Assembly: GCA_043803945.1 (NCBI GenBank)
Contig: JAZDJN010000039.1
Span: forward strand, 1-26,620
Length of the DNA: 26,620 bases
Direction of reading: 5' to 3'
Source of the DNA: a bacterium
GTDB taxonomy: Bacteria > Bacteroidota > Ignavibacteria > UBA10030
Below are positions 1-9,190 of this stretch, piece by piece (positions within the stretch are counted from its first letter, which is position 1; each line of letters opens with the position of its first letter). The notes beneath the pieces were generated by a model, which saw only the letters and a program-made list of their open reading frames with translations, did not search any database and was not told where the DNA came from. Position numbers and translations under genes: made by a program.

Positions 1-551
1 TGCGCAAAACCATCGGAATGGAAGGACAAAAGAACTAAATCGAAACGACGTTACAGTTACGCTAAACTACTAAATATACGGGCTTGGAAGGTGGGTAAAA
101 ATAATTGTCGTTGGTGGGTAATTTTAATTGACGTTGATCAAGGGACAGATCTGTCAACCCTCCTTGAACTATGTTTTTAATTTGAGTACCTTTTTATCGC
201 CGACAACAATTGAATGGATTGGTTATGCCGATGAGCGAAGATCAATACATTCACCACGTACTAGTGCCGCGGGCTTTCTCTATCTGGCGCCGAGGACAAG
301 GACTAGGGCGAACGTCCGCCAGTTCCACAGAATACTCCAAGCCCGTCAGTCACAGTAAGTCGTTCACTGCAGCCGATGGATGTCCCTATTGTGATCGTGG
401 CGCACATGGTCCGATTTGTCTCTTCCATCTTCAAGTTTACTATCAATAACAGTAGCCTTGGGAGACGGCTGACCCGCCATGGTCTACAAGCAGCCCGTTC
501 GTGGTAGATGATGTATCAGCATGTGCAATATGGAATAAGGAGAATACCATC

Positions 552-2753
552 ATGAGACCTCTTCAGCATTGCATCATTACAATGATCGCTCTTACAGTAT
601 TGGATCATCAAGTCACAATCGCTCAGAAGGAATTAACACCTCAGGAGATATTTAAGAAGTATGACGATGCTGTCGTTATTGTCTTGGCTTACAGTGATGG
701 CCATGTCGTAGGACAGGGCAGCGGAGTCGTCATAAATGAAAAAGGCTGGATCGTCACGAATTATCATAACTATAAGAATGATCAGTTTAATGCAGATAGA
801 CTCGTGGTCAAACATCATGACAAGTTAGTCGAATTCACGGAAATAATAGGATTCAACGTTGAAAAGGACATCCTGATCCTAAGAATGAAAAAGGAAGATC
901 CAGGATTTCCTTATTTACCTCTTGGAGACAGTGACAAACTTGAGGTTGGTGAAAGAATTTGTGCGATAGGAAGTCCTCGTGGTTACGAAAACACGTTGTC
1001 TACCGGCATTATTAGTGGATTAAACAGAGTGATTGAGCATAGAAGGTTCAAGTATATCCAGATCACTGCATCGATTGATCATGGTAGCAGCGGCGGCGCA
1101 GTCGTCAATCGATATGGTGAACTTGTAGGAATCAGTACTCTGGGATATGAGTCAGCGGGTAGTCTATTCTTTGCTATACCTACAAATGATCTTGTGAAAA
1201 CCTACATAGATTCTTATGGGAGTGAAAAAGAAAGCAGTTACATTGATATTGCTCGGCTGGGCTATATTGCGTGGGTGAAGGGAAACTATGATCAAGCAAT
1301 TCTTTACTATGGCAAATACTTGGAGCGGTACAAGAATGATGCATCGGCATATGCTACGCGTGCAATAGCCTACTACGAGTTAAAGAAATATGAAGATGCC
1401 TTAGCCGATTGGATCAAAGTTATCGAGCTAAGGGGCGACAAAATCGTCAGTGATATTGATGCCCTGCTTTGTCGGGCTGATGTTTATATAGAATTGAAAA
1501 GATTTGATGAGGCGAAGAAAGATATTGACCGGGCGATCGAGCTTAAACCAAGATCATCAAGAAGTTATTATAAACGTGCAACCTTCTTTGCAGAATGCTT
1601 AAACAGATACGAAGACGCGATCAGAGATTTCAATATCTCTCTAGAATTAGACTCCAGTAGCGTCAGCTCATACAACAATCGTGGTTTAGTATATCGGGAA
1701 CTGGGCAGATTTGATGAGGCACTTAAGGACCTTAACAAAGCAATAGAAATACTTCCGAACCATTATGGTTCCCACGTGAATCGGGCCAATTTGTTTACAA
1801 GTATTGGCAGATATGAAAATGCTTTCGCTGACTATAAAAGAGCGATCGAGCTTAATCCAGGGCTACCCGATGCATACTACTGTCGTGCGGTGCTGTATGC
1901 CGAGTTACGGAGGCACCAAGAAGCGATAGAAGACTACAACAAAGGAATCGAATTGAATCCTTCGGAGTATGATTCTTTTTTTAATCGAGGAAATGAGTTT
2001 GCGAAGATAGGTAGATATGCCGAAGCCTTAAGAGATTATAATAGAGCCGTGGAACTAAAGAATGATAATTGGGCTATCTATTTCAACAGGGGCAATTCCC
2101 TGGCAAACCTAGGAAATGCTGAGGCAGCCCTGAGTGACTATAGCAAAGCAATCGAGATGAAACCGGATTTCATACCTACATATAGAAACCGGGCTGGCAT
2201 TTACAAACATTTGAAAAAATATGAAGATGCCCTTAATGATTACGCCACAGCGATCAAAATTAAGAAAGACGATTCCGAAGTGTATATGGATCGGGGCAAT
2301 ACGTACGCCGATTTGAACCAACATGAAGAAGCAATCAAAGATTTTAGTAAGGCCATTCAGTTACAGCCGGATTCTGCAAAAGCGTTTTCCAATCGTGCGA
2401 ACAGCTATGCAGCACTAAAGAGAAACCAAGAAGCAATCGATGACTACACTGCAGCAATAAAACTAAGACCATCTTATGCCGATGCTTATGTAAATAGAGG
2501 GAATGCATATGCCTTGACAGGAAGGTATGATGAATCTATCAAAGATCTTACCAAGGCTGTACAAATAGACTCAAACCTCGCTATTGCGTATTACTCGAGA
2601 GGTTTGACGTACCTGGACATGAATCAGTATCAACTTGCTCTCGAAGACTTCGAAAAGGCGAGCAAGCTGAGCAAATACTATGAATACAGATCGAAGACAT
2701 TAATTGATGATTTGAGAAAAAAGGTTAACGAAATCAATCAGCTCCGCAAATAG
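552..2753 (+). CDS. Exported trypsin-like (S1C/DegP-type fold) serine protease with about 14 C-terminal TPR repeats
   Basis: Motifs GSGVVI, TNYH (His), EKDILIL (Asp) and GSSGG (Ser) give a complete triad. They are followed by about 14 TPR units (Y-x-NRG...A-x-x-D-Y-x-x-AIEL). ATG at 552 has AAGGAG upstream and starts a signal-peptide-like stretch, so it is preferred over the GTG at 501. Confidence 0.9.
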   Translation: MRPLQHCIITMIALTVLDHQVTIAQKELTPQEIFKKYDDAVVIVLAYSDGHVVGQGSGVVINEKGWIVTNYHNYKNDQFNADRLVVKHHDKLVEFTEIIGFNVEKDILILRMKKEDPGFPYLPLGDSDKLEVGERICAIGSPRGYENTLSTGIISGLNRVIEHRRFKYIQITASIDHGSSGGAVVNRYGELVGISTLGYESAGSLFFAIPTNDLVKTYIDSYGSEKESSYIDIARLGYIAWVKGNYDQAILYYGKYLERYKNDASAYATRAIAYYELKKYEDALADWIKVIELRGDKIVSDIDALLCRADVYIELKRFDEAKKDIDRAIELKPRSSRSYYKRATFFAECLNRYEDAIRDFNISLELDSSSVSSYNNRGLVYRELGRFDEALKDLNKAIEILPNHYGSHVNRANLFTSIGRYENAFADYKRAIELNPGLPDAYYCRAVLYAELRRHQEAIEDYNKGIELNPSEYDSFFNRGNEFAKIGRYAEALRDYNRAVELKNDNWAIYFNRGNSLANLGNAEAALSDYSKAIEMKPDFIPTYRNRAGIYKHLKKYEDALNDYATAIKIKKDDSEVYMDRGNTYADLNQHEEAIKDFSKAIQLQPDSAKAFSNRANSYAALKRNQEAIDDYTAAIKLRPSYADAYVNRGNAYALTGRYDESIKDLTKAVQIDSNLAIAYYSRGLTYLDMNQYQLALEDFEKASKLSKYYEYRSKTLIDDLRKKVNEINQLRK

Positions 2754-2956
2754 CTCTGCCATCTGGTGATACTAATTGTGTGCATCTGTTTCATCTCTAT
2801 TCTCGGCTCGAACGGTCAGGGTGCACCTGACATGCAGATCCATCGTAATGAAGAACCAGTTTACGTCTTTGGGCATACCGGCAAGATGAAGCTGGGGTGG
2901 AACAGAAGCAAGGAAGAACGATTGACAATTCTCGCTCTCCAAAGAAAAAGATCCTA

Positions 2957-3073
2957 GCGCGGAAAGGCCCTTTCCCTTGGTCCCTGCGGTTCCCTTGTCG
3001 GCTTCGCACAACCTCGCTTCCCTCACTTGCCTCCATCGGCAAATACGATTGCGGGGCAGCTCTTGCTCCGCGC
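2957..3073. other. GC-rich cluster of short hairpins (structured non-coding element, family unknown)
   Basis: Stems GGAAAG/CTTTCC (2961-2975), TTGT/ACAA around GCTTCGC (2995-3011), TTGCC/GGCAA (3027-3042) and GCGGGGCAG/TTGCTCCGC (3051-3071). An alternative long-range pair is GCGCGGA (2957-2963) with TCCGCGC (3067-3073). Confidence 0.45.
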
Positions 3074-3541
3074 GTTGCACTTGGTCGCGGGATGCGTTTG
3101 CCGCTTTGATAAAGCATGTCCTGTAGCTCGTCAAAACTCCATCCACACATAAAATAGCAAATTCAAATTGAAATCGATACTTTTGTTCTGTTTCAATTAA
3201 CAGGGCAAAAGCTCACATGATCAGATCTCTCCTATCGTTCTGTCTCAGATTCCAATAATCAAGAACTCAACTCTAGCTGGAAATTGTGTATCTGAGAAAG
3301 CAACTGGAAATATTGACTTGCACATCCCCTCGACCTCGACTACGACCTTCTGATAGATTCTTCTTCACCATTTCCTTCTTAGAGAACAAACTGCCCTGCA
3401 CATATCATATTCGCACACTTCGCTCAATCCCATAACAGAATTCTTCTTCCGCACTATTCTCGGTTTACGTAACCGCTCCCTAATCGGGTTGTTCATAATG
3501 GAGTTCTAGCCCGGATAGACTTTTGAAGAGGGATATGTATG

Positions 3542-6500
3542 CTATTTCACCACCACGGTCTTCTTCGTCTCCACAAATTTGCCTGCCTGGAGGCGGTAGT
3601 AATAAATCCCGCTTGGGACATTGGCGTTCCATTGAACCTGGTGGTAACCCGCCTCTCTATATCCATCCACAAGTGTCGTCACGAGCTGACCGAGGACATT
3701 GAAGATTTTGAGCGTGACACTCGCAGCCTTCGGCAAGGCGTAGTTGATCATAGTGCTTGGGTTGAATGGATTCGGGTAGTTCTGGGAGAGACTAAACTGC
3801 CTAGGAATCGAGCTGTATTCTCCACTAATGGCCGTAATAGTCTTTGCAGTCCTGATTCTTATGTACGGTGCGCTGACGTCAAAGTTTCCCACACCATCAC
3901 TGCCAACGGCCCTGATCTGATAGACAGTGTCCATTGCTAATTGGCTAAGATTCCAAGACATCTGAAACGGGTAGCGGGTCACGGTTGAGTCAATTGATAT
4001 CCACGAGGGATTTAAGAAAGTATTTTCACTTCGATACTGGAATTCTACAGCGCAAAGGTCTGAGTCATTGCAGCTTATGGTGAACTTCAGTGGGATGGTT
4101 CGAATTATGTCTCCATCGCGGGGGCTTGTAATGGTTACTCTAGGCGCAGTATTGTCTACGTATACCAATAACGAGTCTGGGGAAAGATCTATATTGCTAA
4201 CCGTGTCTGTGGCGATTGCCCGCAAGTAGTAGAATCCATCAATCACTATTCCTGTATTCCACGTAACACCGAATGGTGCGCTCGAGTCTGGGATCGAGAT
4301 GGGTACCCAGTTAACGGCATTCAAGCTTCGTGACTGAAACGCGACAGCAAACACATCCGTGTCTTCTACTTTCGCGGTGAGTTTGACAACACCACGTATT
4401 CTGCTGTTGGAAGTTAGAGAAGTGATTCTTGCTTTTGGCGCGTGACCATCAATGTATCTGAAGGTGACTGAATCCATTGCGACGTTTCCCGCACTGTCGT
4501 TGACAGAAAGCCTTATCCAGTATGTTCCGGTCTGGAGCGGCAATGCTTTCCACGTAAAAAGGATCGAATCATGAACGGCAGTATTGCCCGCGAACAGAAC
4601 TGACCAGGATTGTCCCACTGAAACGGACCGATATTCCAGCGTGTACCGGTCAAGGTGATCGTCGTAGTCAGTCCCAAGAATCAGCAGGGTGTCCTTGATT
4701 CTCCCGTCGACGAGTAAGCCTTGCGAAGGCTGTATCAACCGAGCTATTGGCTTGGTTCTGTCCATTGTGATTATTCGTTGTGATTTTGCTATGGTTGTGG
4801 GATCAAAAAGTTTTGCAAGAGCGCGTGTGCCGTCATTACTCCTCGCTGTGGTAAAAATGTTTCCGGCATTATCAACGGCAATTGCAGGTTTGTTACCTAG
4901 AGGAGCATTGTTGGTAAGGTCCTTTCTCAGCAATTCGTTCCCATCAAGATCATAGACAATAAGATTTACCGATGTTCTAACGTAGACTAACTCTCCGTTT
5001 CTAACGTCCACATCAATTTGTCCACCACCGGGGGACTTCGACCAAAGAAAAGTTCCCAACGACGTAAACTTGCGGAGTACGCCAGTATTAACACCCGTGT
5101 ATATGCACCCGAATTTATCTGCAGCCACACCAGTGATATATTGATCATATGCAGGAACAGATTGAGCGACGGAGAAAAGTGGGGCTTGCCTACCTCCGAA
5201 GAACCATGCAACTCCTGGCGGAGGAGAACCCAAACCTGGCGTAGCACCAACATATACTGTGTCTGATAGTCCTGCACGGACGCAATTGCTGACTACGTCG
5301 CCGTGGATAAAGTCCTCAAGTGACCAAATGAATAAATTACCGCTGCTAAAACATTGGATTCTGCCTCCATTATACTGAGCCCAGTCGACAACATAGATCT
5401 TCCCGTAGCCGTCCACCGCTACCCCATTTGGACTATTAAGCTGACCATCGCCAGTCCCTTGGAATCCAAAAGACTGAACGAAGCTACCGGATTGATCAAA
5501 TATCGCGATCCTGTTTAAGTTGTGGTCGGCGCAATAGATTCTAGTCCCAACTCGATTAATCGCCATACCTGTGATGTTTTGAATCTGTCCGTTGCCCATC
5601 CCGCTAACCCCAAAAAAGGCTGGTTCATGAACAGGCTTGTCTCCAATGGCCATAAGGCTGGCAGTGTACTTCCCTTCCGGGACCATCAAACCCGTACTAT
5701 CTTTTCCATCCCACCGGATCGAATCTGGCCCAGGGTACCGTCTCTGATTTTTCAGGATGGTTCGGACGACAATTCCATTCTTGTCCCTCATATCTAATGT
5801 GACGATAGCACTATCCGACAGCACATAGCTAATAACACACAGCGTTGATTGTCCAACGAACTCTGAAGAGACTGCGAAGTTTGTAATTTGAAGTGGCTGA
5901 TACTCAGGAACGCTTCCAACCTTTAGTATGATCGAACCAGAACCTGTAACAAACCCGGCTTTCAGTGCGGTCGCCGTATAATTCGTGCAACCAGCAGGGA
6001 GGGGGGATTGTTCTGGATACCTATATGTTCCTGTCGATTGCCGAAACTGTAAGGCACTGAATTCCGAGTAGTTCGTGTAGGATGAACTTATTGCAAGCCT
6101 ATCAATATCTATGAGATTGTTTGCATTATCTCTGCACGTGATGAGAAATACTGGCTGATCGCCAGGACTGTAAGAATTGGGATCCTTGTCTGGCCGTACA
6201 CTTACTGCGATCTGATTTTGCTGAACGACGATGGGCCCATCAATATTGTCGGGCCAATGCCCCGGGAGACTAACAGTGCTGTTATCGATGTTTGCATAGA
6301 ATCTGAATTTGTGCTGCCCCACGCCAAGCGAAGCAGCAGAATACTTGAAAAGCGCTCCTGTGCCATATGATCCGCTAACCTTGTTCATCGCCGGTGAAAG
6401 AGTTTCATCTATCACAACAACTACTTTTGTTGGAGTCTTGCCGCTCGGCGAAGTATAGGTCACGTAATAATCGAATGTTGTCGAGGCAGATCCAGTTTGT

Positions 6501-8728
6501 GGCTCAACATGCCCGTTTGAAAGAGGTAAGCCCAATCCGCTTACAGCAGGACCACCACTTGCTGAGTTACGTATGTCTCCGATACGAGTCTGAAAAACAA
6601 AATAGAACTGGTGCGACCCCTGTGATAGAAAGTCGGAATATGAGAATGTTGCTCCTATTGCAGGCGTGCCTGATGTAAGAGCTAACTCGTGGGCGGCATT
6701 GTCAATATAGATCCTGCCGCTTGAAGGACCGGCTCCCAATGGATCCCTGTACTGAACCGACCATGTAAATCGTGTTGTCTCATCTCCGCTAGTCGGATTA
6801 ACCGATCCCCCAGACAACGTGGGTCTATCAGCAATCGTCAGGTGCACTGGTATAGATTGAGTACGTACACCAGCTGTGCCGTAAACCAAAATCGAATAGT
6901 CACCACGGGGTGTTGATGGGAGACATGATACGCTCAAAGTTGAGGAATCGCCTGGTGACACTGGATTACGAAGAAAACTCATTGAGATGGAGGTTTCAGA
7001 AGACTGCAACTTTGTCGAAATCGTAACCGGACTGGCAAAGTTGTTGATTGGCCTAACGCCGATTTGTATGGAACCACTTTGACCGGGTGTTAGATAAAGC
7101 AAATTAGGATTCGTGGTGAGATAATAACCATTTGAGCCACTAGTAACTTTCATTTTTACATCAATATTGCGCATACCTCCAGTCGAGCTGCGAACAACTA
7201 TGATTCCTCGATATTCTCCTGGTATGACAGAATTCGGAATTGTCACGGTCGCTTCAAATCGAGAATTCTGGGAACCACTTGGCACTTTGGAAATAGCAGT
7301 TGGTGAAAAACGGAACAACGCAATCGAGTCGGGGCAGTGAGGAAAGTATATACCACCCGAGAATGAAATATTCTGTAAATCATTCACGCCACCTTCACCA
7401 AGACTAAATGCCTGAACAACTGTTGCACCCTGTGGTACATCCTCAAGGTACCAAGTAGCCGGCTGTGGATTCAGAAATTGCGGTAGATTCAAGCCAATGC
7501 TTTCTTCGTACTTTCCATCAGAATCGAAATCGATGGCAATGCGACCACCAAAGGCGAATTTGTCGATGTTAATCACGCTCATGGGTAAATCGAAAGATGC
7601 TATGCCTACGTTTTTAGTATCTGTGAGTTGTGGAATTGTTAAGCTAAAAGGTAGATACGATGTGTCGACTTTTATTAGCTGAGTCCTCCCATCATTGTCG
7701 ATAAGTACTATCCTTCCATTTACTTGAAATGAATGACTTGAGCTTGGATTGAAAAAGAACATCTGTAGTTTGTTGTGCAAGAACCTTTGGCTTTCGTCTT
7801 GCTCAAATGATTGATTGAATTCATAGAACAATGTGTCTGCTCCATTTCTTGCCACCCACATCCTTGCAGCCTCTGGAGTGCCCGGAAAAGGTTCAACGGT
7901 TAAGCTATACCCCGTTGGAAATCTGCGGTGAGCGTACTTGTTCAATAGACCTTCCTGAAGCGCGGACAATGGAAGAACGTGCTCGTCACTGAGTTGGTAT
8001 TTGGACCAGTAAGTACAAAAGGTGTAGGCGGTCCAGTTCTGTTCGAAACGCTCTGCCGCGCTCAGACCAGCCCAGACATATAAGGACGAGACAACAAGCC
8101 CCGACATCATCGGCGCGATTCCCGCTATATTCTCAATCGTTATTGCTTGGCTCGTTAACTCTGCAATATGGATCGCTGCGCGTATGAAATCCGGCGAGTA
8201 GGATGCAAGATCCTTTACTAAGTCGAAGCACACTTGAGGCACTTTAAAGAGAATTTTGGCCTTGGTCTGATTATCCTTTGCCGCATCGTATTCGGAGCAA
8301 AGGGCAGAGAGTTCCTGAACATCGGAATAGATAACATATACACCGGTAAAAGGGCGTATCGCTGGTAATTGTTGTTCAAGAAAGGGTACGATCAGCTGAT
8401 AGGTTGCATAATCCTGGGCGGTATTGAAGAGGAGAGAGGATTTTTGCTGGATAAGATTATTAAGAACGCCAACTACTCTCTGAGCTTTGGCGATATCATC
8501 TTCCGAGGCAAGCACATCTCCCGGGTTACGTGCAACACGACTATCCCTATAGATTCTATCTCTGTTCAAAGCTTGATCGTCTGAGTTTGCAACCACAGTC
8601 GAAACAATTTTATCATGAGGAACAACCGCCATGTTCGCATCGATCGTTTGACTCTGCAATGTCATTACCAACACAAGTGTGCTTAGCCCAACCACATCAA
8701 GTCGATATACACATTTTTGAAGGGACAT
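3542..8728 (-). CDS. Large modular T9SS-secreted protein: unknown helical N-domain, Ig-like domains, FlgD-Ig, NHL beta-propeller, bacterial Ig repeats, T9SS type-A sorting domain
   Basis: ORF of 1735 aa (1728 aa from the ATG at 8728, which has AAAGGAG 10 nt upstream). The C-terminus FSLSQNYPNPFNPST...GIYYYRLQAG...KKTVVVK is a T9SS sorting domain. Also seen: NHL motif GTGDGQLNSPNGVAVDGYGKIYVVD, FlgD motif WDGKDSTG..VPEGKY, and three D-x-x-x-P...I repeats. Confidence 0.88.
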   Translation of the reverse strand: MSLQKCVYRLDVVGLSTLVLVMTLQSQTIDANMAVVPHDKIVSTVVANSDDQALNRDRIYRDSRVARNPGDVLASEDDIAKAQRVVGVLNNLIQQKSSLLFNTAQDYATYQLIVPFLEQQLPAIRPFTGVYVIYSDVQELSALCSEYDAAKDNQTKAKILFKVPQVCFDLVKDLASYSPDFIRAAIHIAELTSQAITIENIAGIAPMMSGLVVSSLYVWAGLSAAERFEQNWTAYTFCTYWSKYQLSDEHVLPLSALQEGLLNKYAHRRFPTGYSLTVEPFPGTPEAARMWVARNGADTLFYEFNQSFEQDESQRFLHNKLQMFFFNPSSSHSFQVNGRIVLIDNDGRTQLIKVDTSYLPFSLTIPQLTDTKNVGIASFDLPMSVINIDKFAFGGRIAIDFDSDGKYEESIGLNLPQFLNPQPATWYLEDVPQGATVVQAFSLGEGGVNDLQNISFSGGIYFPHCPDSIALFRFSPTAISKVPSGSQNSRFEATVTIPNSVIPGEYRGIIVVRSSTGGMRNIDVKMKVTSGSNGYYLTTNPNLLYLTPGQSGSIQIGVRPINNFASPVTISTKLQSSETSISMSFLRNPVSPGDSSTLSVSCLPSTPRGDYSILVYGTAGVRTQSIPVHLTIADRPTLSGGSVNPTSGDETTRFTWSVQYRDPLGAGPSSGRIYIDNAAHELALTSGTPAIGATFSYSDFLSQGSHQFYFVFQTRIGDIRNSASGGPAVSGLGLPLSNGHVEPQTGSASTTFDYYVTYTSPSGKTPTKVVVVIDETLSPAMNKVSGSYGTGALFKYSAASLGVGQHKFRFYANIDNSTVSLPGHWPDNIDGPIVVQQNQIAVSVRPDKDPNSYSPGDQPVFLITCRDNANNLIDIDRLAISSSYTNYSEFSALQFRQSTGTYRYPEQSPLPAGCTNYTATALKAGFVTGSGSIILKVGSVPEYQPLQITNFAVSSEFVGQSTLCVISYVLSDSAIVTLDMRDKNGIVVRTILKNQRRYPGPDSIRWDGKDSTGLMVPEGKYTASLMAIGDKPVHEPAFFGVSGMGNGQIQNITGMAINRVGTRIYCADHNLNRIAIFDQSGSFVQSFGFQGTGDGQLNSPNGVAVDGYGKIYVVDWAQYNGGRIQCFSSGNLFIWSLEDFIHGDVVSNCVRAGLSDTVYVGATPGLGSPPPGVAWFFGGRQAPLFSVAQSVPAYDQYITGVAADKFGCIYTGVNTGVLRKFTSLGTFLWSKSPGGGQIDVDVRNGELVYVRTSVNLIVYDLDGNELLRKDLTNNAPLGNKPAIAVDNAGNIFTTARSNDGTRALAKLFDPTTIAKSQRIITMDRTKPIARLIQPSQGLLVDGRIKDTLLILGTDYDDHLDRYTLEYRSVSVGQSWSVLFAGNTAVHDSILFTWKALPLQTGTYWIRLSVNDSAGNVAMDSVTFRYIDGHAPKARITSLTSNSRIRGVVKLTAKVEDTDVFAVAFQSRSLNAVNWVPISIPDSSAPFGVTWNTGIVIDGFYYLRAIATDTVSNIDLSPDSLLVYVDNTAPRVTITSPRDGDIIRTIPLKFTISCNDSDLCAVEFQYRSENTFLNPSWISIDSTVTRYPFQMSWNLSQLAMDTVYQIRAVGSDGVGNFDVSAPYIRIRTAKTITAISGEYSSIPRQFSLSQNYPNPFNPSTMINYALPKAASVTLKIFNVLGQLVTTLVDGYREAGYHQVQWNANVPSGIYYYRLQAGKFVETKKTVVVK

Positions 8729-8800
8729 GATTCTTAAGCTCCTTTCCATAGGGCAAGGGATACATTATTGATCTGAGCGCTAAGATGTTGGCCCCACGCT

Positions 8801-8846
8801 AAAAACGAAAAACCTCTTTCATCGTATTCAACGAATCCAGAGGCTT
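8801..8846 (-). terminator. Intrinsic terminator-like hairpin just upstream of the large T9SS gene
   Basis: Minus strand reads AAGCCTCT-ggattcgttgaatacgatgaa-AGAGGTTT followed by TTCGTTTTT. The G-U pair works only in the minus orientation. Confidence 0.6.
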
Positions 8847-8868
8847 CTCAATCAAATCGATAACTTTA

Positions 8869-8886
8869 TTTGTAGCAGGAGCGGCA
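8869..8886 (-). pseudogene. Possible degenerate tRNA-fMet 3' tail
   Basis: Minus strand TGCCGCTCCTGCTACAAA resembles the tRNA-fMet end CCTGCTCCCGCTAC and is followed by a terminator. The T-loop is not preserved. Confidence 0.3.
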
Positions 8887-9106
8887 CGGTTCACTCCTTC
8901 CTGGTTTAAGTTAGTAATGTTTAAGAGTAATGTCAATTTGATTTCGATGGTGAGAGAATATGAAAGACAAGGATGGTGGTGAAAACAATCCAGGTGAAAT
9001 GACAGAATTACATCTTCGATGTGACATGGTAATTCTGGAGTAGACCAAACCTCACTACTAAATTACCTATCAGGCACACCTCACACTTTTACTGAGATCA
9101 CCCAAG

Positions 9107-9148
9107 ATAAACTAAAGACCCTCACCGATTTACAGCGATGAGGGTCTT
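9107..9148 (-). terminator. Terminator-like hairpin downstream of the tRNA 3' fragment
   Basis: Perfect 10-bp inverted repeat AAGACCCTCA (9115-9124) / TGAGGGTCTT (9139-9148). It extends to 13 bp with a G-U pair on the minus strand and is followed by TAGTTTATCTT. Confidence 0.65.
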
Positions 9149-9160
9149 CTTTAGAACTTG

Positions 9161-9190
9161 AAGCGGGGGCAGGACTTGAACCTGCAACCT
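9161..9190 (-). pseudogene. tRNA 3' fragment (initiator tRNA-Met-like), probable att-site remnant
   Basis: Minus strand reads AGGTT (variable loop), GCAGG-TTCAAGT-CCTGC (perfect T-arm), CCCCGCT (fMet-type acceptor 3' strand). There is no anticodon arm, D-arm or 5' acceptor strand upstream. Confidence 0.75.

Noticed and set aside
138-167. 12-bp palindrome GACAGATCTGTC (144-155) in an imperfect hairpin, possibly REP-like or an operator
   Set aside because: It is a single copy in the window with no associated transposase or regulator.
1-449. Short ORFs 128-358 and 210-449, and a possible gene tail at the window start
   Set aside because: They have no recognisable motifs, and the frame of any incoming gene cannot be determined.
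1240-2680. Periodic DNA similarity (e.g. GCGATCGAGCTTAA twice) as a CRISPR or DNA repeat array
   Set aside because: It is explained by the 34-aa TPR coding periodicity. I saw no repeat-spacer array or cas genes in the window.
2766-3150. Four overlapping short ORFs
   Set aside because: They overlap one another, lack motifs, and are explained by the stop-poor GC-rich hairpin patch.
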